Shown piece after piece: positions 1-11,506 of a stretch of 34,087 nucleotides of DNA. The notes under the pieces are model-generated. The model was not told the origin of the DNA. It made no database searches and saw nothing but the letters and a program-made list of their open reading frames with translations. Origin of the DNA: Octopus bimaculoides (Eukaryota); NCBI RefSeq assembly GCF_001194135.2, contig NC_068984.1, forward strand, positions 34,630,066 to 34,664,152. The letters are read 5' to 3'. Position 1 is the stretch's first letter, and each line of letters begins with the position of its first letter. A program made the position numbers and the translations under genes.

Positions 1-720
1 TATATATATATATATATATGTATATATACACATATATTTATGTATATATATGGAGGTGCACGCATGTGCCTGAGTGCGTACCTGCGTGGGACTGTGTATC
101 TGTGTAGGGTGTGTGGACTGATAGATACACGTACACGTATTGATAGTATTGATAGTATTTCACGTTTATGAAGCCAAAGGGTTTGTATCCGATGTGAATA
201 TATATTAATTGAAAGAAGTTATGGCAAATATAAATAACTAAGGAAAGAGAAAATGAAAGAAGAGACGAGTTGAAAAACAATCACAACATACAATTAAACA
301 AAATATAAATAATATGTTGAGCACATAAAATAAAACTAGCACAATAATGTTTTTATATATGGAATACCATATTTGTTTTTGTTCTCAGTTATCTTTTCAT
401 ATTCTCTAACCATTTATGTAGTCTTACAGTGTTTTGCTGTATCATGTTTTTGGTTTTTTACTTTCCCCACTGAGATATGCAGATGTACTTCGTCTATTTT
501 ATGTATTAAAAAAACAACAACATTTATTGCCATATCACAATAGTTGCTAATTTCTTTTCTTACATTTAAACATATCTACAAAGACACACATATAATTGAT
601 CTAACATGTATCACTCTGCGTATATATTTAAGCATGAATGCTCATACCAATGTTCAGACGAATGTATTTATGGAGGCGTTTATAAAAATATGTATGCCAA
701 TATGTGTGTCTATACCTGCA

Positions 721-860
721 TTTATATATATATATATATATATATATNNNNNNNNNNNNNNNNNNNNNNNNNNNNNNNNNNNNNNNNNNNNNNNNNNNNN
801 NNNNNNNNNNNNNNNNNNNNNNNNNNNNNNNNNNNNNNNNNNNNNNNNNNNNNNNNNNNN
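721..860. repeat. (TA)n microsatellite running into an assembly gap (N at 748-860)
   Basis: Direct reading of the sequence; the gap abuts the TA tract. Confidence 0.95.
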
Positions 861-2104
861 ACATACATTCACACTTACATTCAATGACATTCACTTACAT
901 TCACACTATTCGCACATTCATAAACATATATCCACTTGTTTGTATATTTACAGTTGCGATAACTTTTTTCTGGTACGTGTTTTGAAACAAATATATAAGA
1001 AATATTTGGGAAAATGAAGTTTTACCACAACATACTTTAATATTTTATATATCTCTAACATTTGGTAACTATTTCGAAATATGAAACAATTTCATTGCCA
1101 ATATGAAAATGTTCATTTCTTTATTTATATTATATTGTTTTTTTTGTTTTCTTTTTTTGTTTTGTGGTCACATTTCATAACAACATATATCAATTTTTAT
1201 ATAAATTTTGAACGTGCTATGGTATTAATAAGTTGTAGTCGTCTAACAATATCTTCTACTGAAATGCTGTTTTCCTTTCACTTTTAATTCTCATATTCTA
1301 GAATATATTTCTGTCATATTACGGACGTTTAATCTCATACAATACTAGATCAATCATATCTATGACCAAAGGGATTCCGGTAGTTATTAGCCTGTATCCC
1401 GGGATATAAGAAACAGATGAATCATGTCATCCATTATGCGCCTTCATTTGAAGGAATAGAAAGGAAACACCTTTACGCTTTGACAGCTTTGTCCTTGCTG
1501 TTTTTGTCAAATCGAACGACAAGATGGAAGGTCTTATCTTGCTAAACATAATTTCTCGTCAATGGGATATTTTAGTTTGTCAGCATCTAATTCTCTTTAT
1601 TTGTCGGCGTAATTTTTACACTTAATTTTTTTTCTCTTCTCTAAGTTATACTACAATATTTGTGGCTGTTGTATATGCGCAAAATCTCTTTGTTTCACAT
1701 ATGCCATATGCTTTAAAAAAATGAGCGAAATGATAATCAGGACATCTTAACTGTGTTTGTGTAACATTTTCTATGACTATTCCTCGTTGTAAGGTGCTCA
1801 TTTATCAGAATTGTTAAACCGTACGATTAGATACCATACGATACAACGGGAGACGTGGTAAAACTGATGCAATTACTTTTGATTTTTATGTCTACTCTGA
1901 CTCAGTACTAGAATCGATTTACTTTAAGTGAATGTCTAATGCGATCACTAGAGACATGAGAGAACACCTAAAATTATTATTGCGGAGAAGCTGACATAAA
2001 TGTTTAATAAATGATCTAATTCGATTTAATAAATGAAGACAGACTTCAAGGTTTTCCCCATTTCTGTACAAGAAAGGTTCAGTAAAGCATAGTATAGTGT
2101 TAAT

Positions 2105-2105
2105 G

Positions 2106-2140
<35 letters not shown>

Positions 2141-2234
2141 NNNNNNNNNNNNNNNNNNNNNNNNNNNNNNNNNNNNNNNNNNNNNNNNNNNNNNNNNNNN
2201 NNNNNNNNNNNNNNNNNNNNNNNNNNNNNNNNNN

Positions 2235-2328
<94 letters not shown>

Positions 2329-2330
2329 TG
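2105..2330. repeat. (TA)n, assembly gap (N at 2141-2234), then (TTA)n microsatellite
   Basis: Direct reading. The poly-Ile and poly-Leu ORFs in the track come from this tract. Confidence 0.95.
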
Positions 2331-3414
2331 CATTAATTGTTATAATCGCAATAATGATTTGTATTAAACTATCCATAATGAAATTGATATTACAGTTGAA
2401 CTGTATAAAGATATTGGTATTTTGGATATTAAAACCATGTTTCTGTATCTTCAAATAAATCTGCCACTATAATCAATTTTCAGATACTGGCCATACTACG
2501 AAATTAATACCTGCGTATGAAAATTGGCATATATATAGCAAAGAATTGACAAATATTTCCATATATTTATGCAGTATATAATTTATGAATTTTCTGATAT
2601 ATATAGAATTACAAATTTTGTTTTTAGACATTTCCTGTGTACGGAAAAGTTTCGAGTAATTATTTCGCACATTCGGAGAATATATGTTATATAAGTATTA
2701 TACACATATACATACGCACGCACACATGCATACGCACGCAGACACACACATAAATGTGTGTGTGGATAGGTTCGAAGATAACAAATAGAAAGGTGGTAAA
2801 AATGTAGGACGGCAGACAACATGATTTGGTTCTACAGGTAGACAACACTTTGAAAGATTATGGAAAAATGTGAACACGAAATACATTTAAGATTGAAAGT
2901 TGTGCATAGTGTATCGTACGTCTTATAAAGGAAAAGAATAGAGATGTAGATTGACAATTTTTATGAACCCTATATCAAAGTAGAATAACAAGCAAGAGAA
3001 ACGAAAAAAATCGATAACTGTTATGTATAGTTGTACGTATCTCGATTATTGCATTTCAAATTGTTAAATCCCCTTCGCTCTCAGCTAAAACGCCCACAAA
3101 TGACCTTTTGGTTAAGATGACATTATAGTTTTTTTCAAATAATGACAAATTATTCGAGGTTCCGTAAGAGAGAAATAATAGAACGAATCCTAAATTCAGT
3201 GGGCCTATTTTACAAGCTGGAAACCCCGATTCACCAAGTAACCGTAACGCGCGATGTAAGTGGATTCATTTATGGTTGAAGTCGAAGAAAGGCAATACAG
3301 TTTCACAGGTTCCCAGTTGGAAATAATCTAGAATGGAAACGAAAGACCCTATTAAATTCTAATATTTAACAGAAGAAAGTTAACGCATCTATTTAGGTTT
3401 CCAAGAAATAAAGA

Positions 3415-3462
3415 GTGAGAGAGAGGGGAGAGAGAGGGGGAGAGAGATGGAGATGGAGAGGG
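3415..3462. repeat. (GA)n-rich simple repeat
   Basis: Direct reading. Confidence 0.85.
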
Positions 3463-6097
3463 ACCGGAAGGTAATCTAGATGATCGTGCAGTTTATTTTT
3501 TTAAATTTCAAATAAACTAGATTCGCATTTTATGTGTGAAATTTCACAAGATTCAATCGATGTAATATTCGGACAGACGTGAACGCAATGTTACGTTGAT
3601 GAGTATATAATCGCCATAGAAATGAAAGGGAGCAATGAGTGTTTTGCAACGTATTTTTAAATAATTGCACGTACACTCTGTCAGCTTGTTTCATATCACA
3701 TTATCGACAAATATCATTTGAAACGAAACGTCTTGGTTTTTATACAATAATTTGCATAATATAGCAAATAATATTACGTTTCATTATCTTTCGACGGCAT
3801 AGATAAGAAACGAATAATTCGTAATTGCAGAGAAGCAGAAACACCAGACCTCATTTATTGACTTTATATAATTACAAGCTGTGTATCCATTCTGTGTGAG
3901 AAATTGCTGGCTTGCACACATGGGATTCATATAAATACTTGCTTTTACATGTATTAAAAACTGTGATAAAAACGCACATAAGATTATTAATTGCTGAATC
4001 ACAAACCTACGACATCTCCAGCCCCAGGAAATATCGCTACGATTCAGGAAATAACGCTATCGGGCGATGTTAATAATATTTGTTCTTCTTGAATGTGTTT
4101 CTTAATAATAATATAAAGTAACCATTAATAAGAAAGTTTAAGCAAAATATGATGTAGTTAACAGATAAGTATTTATGATATTTTGTAGATAACATATAAT
4201 GAACATTGTAGGACATAGACTGAAACGAGAATTTAAAATGAGACAAAATAGAAGGATTGTGTCGAAGGAATTTAGGAGATTGACTGCTTAATAATCAAAT
4301 TAAAATTTCAGAGCCAAACATTTAAACAAAAGATCTCTAAAAAACCATCCACATAGGCAACACAAGCATAATCAGCACTAAGTATAAGAACAAATACCAT
4401 TTTCGAAAACTTGTGCGTTATCGAATACAGCTAAATGTGTTCATTCGCCAAACTTCTACACGTATTCCTGTAGACATCAGCAATCGATGTCTTCCATGTT
4501 TAGTTGTAAATTTGGCCAATCAAAGACGCATGATTGACTACAAACTTTGGCTACACTCCTCTCAACACAACTTTACGTTTCATTCTTCTTCCATGTACTC
4601 AGACATTCACCGTGTTTATCAGTTAGCATTAAAGGTACAACAGAATGGAGAAACAACATATTTGTTGCAGGAATGCTTCAATTCGTTTCACTATAACACA
4701 TTTGTAGAAGTTGGCGAGACTATGGTAAAAAAGAAAGAATCCTATGTAAATGTTAAATGCAATTATCTTTACTGCGTATAGTGTGCAGAACAAACTTGAA
4801 GCAATGCTAATTGAATTACGTCACATTAGGAAACCATATAAAGCAATGCCAACCAATGCGAAGAACACTTTGCTTTCGTTTACTTCTCTAGGGTATTTAA
4901 AAGCTTCTGAAATATCTCTGCTGACCTATTATTTTTGTAACTGTTGTTATTTTGTTCCAATCAGTTCCTCATATATTTTTTTATGCTTGTAAGGTGAAAT
5001 TAAGTTTCAAACTACATTCGTCTGGAAATAATACTTTTTCCTTTAATGTATCATTTGCGATCTATTATGAGTTCGAAATTAATTTTATACGATTTAATAA
5101 AATACTCTATAAAGACGGTGAATGATTCTGGAAATGCAAATCATATATTATTTAATGGAAAATTAAATTCTTCTTAGAAGAGAGGGAATAGGGAGAAGAT
5201 AAGTACAAATTAAATTGAAATAACCTTCTGACAATTTGCGTTTCAATGGAGAAGTATGTATGCACACTTTAAACAGTAAGCATTAAAAAGAAATAAAAGT
5301 TGCTAACAGACGTCTCCAAAGACATACTTATTCATACAACACTCATATATACATATGTTCATATATGGCTCTTTGTGTTTGTGTGTTGTGTACATATAAT
5401 TGTCTTTGACACATCCAGACATTTGTATATGCAGATATACGTGATACGCATGTATGAGAAGTAATGGTTCAGTAAGACCCAAAGGTGTCAGGTAATGCTG
5501 AGTAAGTGCTATGGATAGACCACAGACATCCACGCATATGTACATAAGGATATGTATATGCATACATATATACAGGAAATGTCGATCTCATGGAGTGAGT
5601 AAGCTTATATCTACACTATTGATGACTATAAACAAATCACCGGGGTGGTTGTTGGGTAAGAATTTGTCGAACTCTCATACGTCGTCTGGCCACGGGACAG
5701 TTCGTCATATATATATATATATATCTATATATATATATATATATATATATCTTTGTAATACTGGTGCTGATAGAGCCCTCAGTCGCTTTAGTGAGGTGTA
5801 TATTTTTGCCTTTCGGTTGAAAAATTGCTAAGAAGCCACCCTCATTATATTACATAGAAAAATGTGAGTAAGAGAAATAATATTCTTAAGATTATAAACA
5901 TGGAAAACCACACGTCAAGTTATTACACTTGGAAAAGTTCAGGAAAGGGTAATACATCTGGTAAAATATTGCGGTCAAGGATAAAATTGCAAATAGAATA
6001 TTTGGCTTTTGGAAATAGCTTTTATTAAAGCAAAAACATTTTATTACCAGCTATTACTTCTATTTGTTATTAGTTGTTAATTCTGTTGTTAATTCTA

Positions 6098-6099
<2 letters not shown>

Positions 6100-6161
<62 letters not shown>

Positions 6162-6172
6162 CATTATTATTA
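6100..6172. repeat. (ATT)n microsatellite at the left end of the retroelement stack
   Basis: Direct reading. Confidence 0.95.
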
Positions 6173-6883
6173 GTGAGTGAGAGAGCAGCGCATGCCATCA
6201 AAGTGACACCCTGGGTACAAATACACGAAGCCAAATATACCGTCTGTTAAGAGTACACCAGGTGAGCTGACAGAAACTTTAGCACGCGGGGCGAAATGCT
6301 TAGCGGTTTTTTCGTCTGTCTTTTCGTTCTGAGTTCAAATTCCGACGAGGTCGACTTTGCCTTTCATCCTTTAGGGGTCGATAAATTAAGTACCAGTTGC
6401 GTCTTGGGGTCGAACTAATCGACTGGCTCCTTCCCCAAAAATTTCGGACGTCGTGCCTAGAGTAGAAAAGGAAAAGAGTACACCAGGCACATGCATCACA
6501 ACCGTATGAGTGTGATGTGGTGATCTCGTGTCAAGATACACAGAACATGATCTTTCAGGTAAAGCTCAGTTCGAATATTCTTCACGTCGAATAGCACATT
6601 CCGATCAAAATATCCATCAATAAGGTTAGTTTAAGGATGACGAACAAAATACCTATTTCCAGAGTTTAAATACACATCAAAGAGCTCTTAAAATATGGCT
6701 ATGACGCTCCCCCACTAACTTTGCTCGTGATCAGAGATGCACATATCGTCAACCACTAAGGGGCATGCTCAAATGATTAAAGTCAAAGAACTGACAACCA
6801 AACCTGTGGCATTGAGCAGAATATTAGCTGCAGCCCATCTTTTATACCAACACTTCCAATCATTTAAGATCAAAAGCCATGAG
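6173..6883 (-). mobile_element. Non-coding interspersed repeat abutting (TAA)n, interrupted by a SINE at 6263-6473; either a long 3' UTR of an RLE non-LTR element or a non-autonomous partner element
   Basis: 6173-6256 aligns with a second copy at 9629-9708 (gagtga...caaagtgaca...ggt.aaata.acgaagcc.a.tatac...gtctg.taagagtac). Both copies begin directly after (TTA)n. No ORF. The minus-strand assignment is inferred from the (TAA)n tail polarity. Confidence 0.7.
6263..6473 (+). mobile_element. tRNA-derived SINE with a Meta-domain-like core and a perfect 14-bp target-site duplication
   Basis: AAGAGTACACCAGG at 6249-6262 and 6474-6487. Pol III B-box-like GTTCAAATTCC at 6333-6343. Central GGTCGACTTTGCCTTTCATCCTTTAGGGGTCGATAAATTAAGTACCAG (6349-6396) resembles the MetaSINE/Sauria-type central domain as I recall it. 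A-rich tail. Confidence 0.9.
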
Positions 6884-8454
6884 TAATCCTCTGTCAACTT
6901 CCGTTTCTGTAGGTATTATCGGTCGGTATTGTTTTATGTTTCAGGTGCTGTATGTTTCTCCTTTTGCTTTAACTAATCCATTACTGCACATACATTTTCT
7001 CAGAATTCTTCTGTTTCACCTCCAATTGGTTTCGTGCTGCAATGATTTCTATCTTACTTCTACCATGTTCTTGGTTGAAATTTTTTAGATTGGAATAAAA
7101 CGGCTTGATTCGTTCAAAGAATTATTGGCGTTTTTTTATATCGATATATTCCCTATTATTTATGAAGGATATCTTGCTTTAGATGTTCTTTTGTTTCAGG
7201 TACATCTTGTTTTGTTTGTTTATCTTTCTGTCGTATTTTTCATTCTCTTTTAGTAGAGTTCTTTCGTTAGTAATTTCATTAAGGATTGACAGATACTTGT
7301 TTTTTTTTATTTCCTATCCTTTTCGGGATATTATTTTTCCATGTCGTTTGCTTGTTTTTTGATACTCTCATTTGGTTAGGTATTCTGGGCATAAGGTGAG
7401 GGCATGTCCGATCTACTTTGTGAACGCAGGAGATACGGCGTAGAGTATTTTATGTAGCCGGGTCAAACTGACACTAGCGTCTGTTGTGATTACGTCTGTG
7501 TATGTGTTTTTTTATGTTTTTTGTTGCTGTCTTATGTTTAAGACTAATTTCTGGGAGATATTATAGGAGGTGCATACTTATTTCTTCTATGGCTTTTCGT
7601 TCTTTCATTGTACTTAATTTCAAAGTATCATAATCAGGGTTTGCGATTTCATTGTTTCCGTTTTTTAGATTTTCCCTACATTCCTTCCCCTTTCTGAATT
7701 TTTTTTATGTGTGTTATACTGGTTTAGTCTATTTTAGTCTTCATTGAGCAGACCTAACGTTTGAAATTGCTGTGTTTCGTTATTTACCTTCGCTGTACCT
7801 GTCATGTCGATATTCGTGTTTTACAGTTTCCTTATTTATGTTGTATTTTCGCTATGTATTTTATCTTTTTTTAATGTTCTATATCAATTTCTATTTGTTT
7901 CGTATTGAAGATATATATCTTTATGTTATCTAGTTTATTGGGATACATTGATGTATCCAAATCTGGAGAACTTTGCTTCCAGGCTTTAATGAGTGTGTTG
8001 TGGTGCTTATGTGAGTAGAGTATAGCTGTCATATAAGTGTGTAGAGTTAAAGCATATTCTCTCCGTATCCTCTTCTCTCTTTTTATTTTATTTGTTAGAC
8101 ACGAGGAGTAATGACCAGCCCTTTAATTAGATTGCCATTGTTTCTGATTTCAAAGAGCTTTGCAGGTATAATTGCTCGTACTTTTCCATAACAATTTTAA
8201 AACATGCAATTCCTCTTTGTTATTTTAGGGCTGAATAATCCGTGTATTATTGAAATTTATTTTCATTTCTTTTGTATGATGTATGTAGACGGAGGCAGTG
8301 AACGTATTTACACATTTTATGAGAATGCTGGAGATTGTAAATATTCATAAGATATTTACTTTGGAAAAATATGATCCATTTTGTTAGGTCTAATTTGTAG
8401 TTTTTATTCCCAATGTTCTTATGTTCTTGAATAGATTTCGCAGCAAGTGTTTTA
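6884..8454 (-). pseudogene. Decayed N-terminal/pre-RT part of an R4/Dong-like non-LTR retrotransposon ORF
   Basis: The minus strand is A-rich with many stops and frameshifts. Recognisable peptides: YMTAILYSHKHHNTLIKAWKQSSPDLDTSMYPNKLDNIK (about 8035-7915), resembling the R4-type N-terminal 'YY.A.....IW....P....LDANKLAN.R' block; RFYSNLK (about 7100); and GETEEF*ENVC (about 7020-6990), resembling the pre-RT 'ETEEFW..IW' motif. Confidence 0.6.
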
Positions 8455-9133
8455 GTGTTCTCATATATTGAACGTCCCATATTTTGCTGGGTAGGATTGA
8501 AAGTGTCAGCTGTCCACAGCCAGCAGACCAAGGTAACGCTTGTCTACTGGTCATGCTTCAAGAACCCTGTGAAGAATTCATGCAGATCCAAGCAATGTTG
8601 ATTTTTGTAGGTGTTCTACCTTCATATTTGCACCGATTATTTTAAATCGTGTTGGTAGTTGAGTGCTGATACTTCCTAGCGCAACAATCACTTTTGACAT
8701 CACGTCTACTCTCTTTATTGACCACAAGCTTCGTATTTCCCACTTTAGATCGTCGTAGTTGTTTATCTCTGCTTCTTCTTTCACATTGATCCTGTTGTCA
8801 CCGGGGCATGATATGTTAATAATCATACATGTTCTTTCGTTTTTACTCACCACAACTATGTCCGCACTGGATGATTAAATCCCACAGGATTTTGCAGTTC
8901 CCATTTTCGGTGACTCCTGCTGGGGTTTGTTCATACCACGTCTTTGTTCTTTGTACGCCGTGATTTCCACAGAACTCCGAATGGATCATTCTTTCCAGAG
9001 TGCCATGGCGTCTTTCGTATTCGCGTTGAGTTAATATCGGGCATTCGTTAATGATGTGACCCACCGTTTTACGCTTCTCACCACACATTCTGCATTTGTC
9101 ACTATCAGGAGTGTTGTCAATTCTGCACTTCTT

Positions 9134-9135
<2 letters not shown>
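8455..9135 (-). mobile_element. 5'-truncated R4/Dong-like non-LTR retrotransposon 3' end: CCHC zinc knuckle, RLE domain and 3' UTR
   Basis: Minus-strand translation gives CRMCGEKRKTVGHIINEC (C-x2-C-x8-H-x4-C), then YERRH, ILWD..IQC, (P)DIVVVSKNERTCMIINISCPGD and YDDLKWEIRSLW...EHLQKSTLLGSA*ILHRVLEA* (stop at 8551-8553). A small deletion lies before the PD motif. Confidence 0.9.

Positions 9136-9226
<91 letters not shown>
9133..9226. repeat. (TCA)n followed by (TTA)n microsatellite between two retroelement fragments
   Basis: Direct reading. Confidence 0.95.
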
Positions 9227-9599
9227 TATATTTTATTGTCTTTGCACAGCTTCTAACGCTGGAAATGTACTATGGTGCCAGCTGTTCATCACCAGTGAAC
9301 TAAGGTAACACCTTATTTTTGGAGAAGCATAATGAATATTTGAGCAGTTGCAAGGAGTGCTGTCTTCTGCAAGTGCTCCACCCTTATTGCAGCCCCTATT
9401 TCTTACATGTATTTCTCAAGATTTTTACTCAGTGTTCCCTGGGCTCCGACACTTATTGGTACTCCTGCTAACTTCTTCAGCGACCACAAATGCTTAAACT
9501 CCCAAGATAACCTGTTACATCTGTCGACTTTTTTCCTTATCGCATATCTTGTTGTCAGCTAGGCATGCTATACATATGATCCAGCATCGTTTGCTTTCT
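9227..9599 (-). mobile_element. Second 5'-truncated R4/Dong-like 3' end (RLE C-terminus and 3' UTR), flanked by (TAA)n on both sides
   Basis: Minus-strand translation gives KESKRCWIICIACLADNKICDKEK...LSWEFKHLWSLKKLAGVPISVGAQGTLSKNLEKYM*EIGAAIRVEHLQKTALLATAQIFIMLLQK* (stop at 9313-9315, one frameshift). The 3' UTR ends in AATAAAATATAAATAATAAT. Confidence 0.88.
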
Positions 9600-9628
9600 T
9601 TATTATCATTATTATTATTATTATTATT

Positions 9629-9708
9629 GAGTGACAGTCAAAGTGACAGTAGGGTAAAATATACGAAGCCCATTATACCCATCATAACTTCCTGTCTGAT
9701 AAGAGTAC
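9629..9708 (-). mobile_element. 80-bp truncated copy of the non-coding element at 6173-6883, embedded in (TTA)n
   Basis: Aligns with 6173-6256; (TTA)n at 9600-9628 and 9709-9785. Confidence 0.8.
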
Positions 9709-9786
<78 letters not shown>

Positions 9787-9799
9787 CATCATCATCATC
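9709..9799. repeat. (TTA)n followed by (TCA)n microsatellite
   Basis: Direct reading. Confidence 0.95.
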
Positions 9800-11506
9800 T
9801 TGCATAGTTTCGCTTCCTTTACCATTTTTTTTTTGTTTCTCAAGCACAAACACATCCAAATTAAGATACAAACATATAATTGTACATATATTAGAACAAG
9901 ACTGATACACACCAGACTCTCTCCGCTCTCTCTATTTCTCCTTATTTCTTCCTATGATTGTCGCTTTTTTTCCTTTTACTCCTGTCGCTTACTCTCTAGT
10001 ATACCCTGAGAATTCTTATTGCTTCTAAACAGAATCTGTTTTGTTTTATCACTCATATACTTGTTCACGAATCTAATTTGGCCTTTTGCCACTAACAGTT
10101 CAGACATTTCGTGCAAACTGTCGTCTACTTTGCATGTGTAATCGAAAGTTCTCTGCGTGTGACTTTTTACAAGGTTAGTGGCCTGTTATTCGCCCGTGAA
10201 ATCTGAAAGGATGAAAATACCATTTGCCGTTAATCGTAAATTGAATAGTAGTAAGTTTGTGATCTATTATGTTATATTACATACGAAATTTTCTCTTGTT
10301 TTAACAGCTCACCACAATCAAATCTAAGGTGATTCTCTTATCGTGCTGGTTCTATTATGGTTGGAGAAATGTCTTACACCAATTCTGAAAGTCAAAATTG
10401 CCTATGTTACTTCATATCGTTTATTCTATTTCTGCAAAACAGAATTTTCGTTTTCGAAATGAAATGCGAGTCGCAACACAGATAGAATTAAAAAAGCCAT
10501 ATGTCAGCCTCTATATTTGGTTGAACCGCTCAAAGTAGCTGTAACCTCTTTAAATCACAGAGAACTGTCTGAAACATGAAGTACATAATATTCACAGTTT
10601 TGCTCTATCAGGTAGAACTGAATTTAAACTGAGGCAAGAGATATCAAGTAAATTAATTTGACAACTGAAGAAGAAAAAAAAATCAGTATTAAGTATTTAT
10701 ATTATGAAACAAAATTGAAAGCCATGTGTTGTGGCTTCGATGTAATTTCCATTAACAATATCAGTGTCTGTAAATTGACACTTTCTGGGAATAGAAAGCA
10801 GTATGGTGATCGTTATAGTTTCTGTGTATCAATATGCACTCAAATGGCTATGTGTGTGCATATTTGCGCCGCACACAACAATAGTCAAGAGATACAGAAT
10901 TTGATTCGACGGGGATACAATGTTCCCTGTTTCGATCTCATTGAACAGTATAAATAGGAATGTTTCTTTAGTAGCTTCATACCATCTATCTGTCTTTATG
11001 CTAACCTTTGGCAGAGGAAAGCCGTGTTGTAATCGACCATCGAATGACCATTAATTGTTGGTTAATGCTCGTCTTATTTAGTAAGAAGTATTAGCTATTA
11101 CCCACTTAGCGTGGAATATACCATCAGAGCAGTCGTCTGTATTACAAGCATTCGGCTGCTGAGTCGATATTTTCATATCGAAAAGATCCACAAATATCTA
11201 CTCCCAGTGCACCCTGAAAATCACCGAGATCCAGGAAAACTCATGTGCCATGCACTCCCGGCTAAACATGGTTTAATTATTGTGAAAAGAATAAAGCAGG
11301 GAGCATTTGTAATATATGTCTGAGAATTGGCACTATGTAATACAAAAAATGGTGTGAGAATACCTTGCACCACAGAAGTCTTCGAGGAGTTGATGGGAGA
11401 CAAACAGCAGCGCGCACACACACCCACACGTATGCATATACATGTATGTAAAATTAGTTTTAATTATTGTAGTTTGAGAAAAATTAGTGATTATAATAAC
11501 TAGTAT

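Noticed and set aside
1345-2040. Higher-complexity segment with several small hairpins, as a possible DNA transposon or ncRNA
   Set aside because: I could not find terminal inverted repeats, a TSD, a second copy or a coding motif.
6100-9799. CRISPR-like repeat-spacer array
   Set aside because: The repeats are trinucleotide microsatellites of variable length and the spacers are retroelement fragments, in a eukaryotic context.
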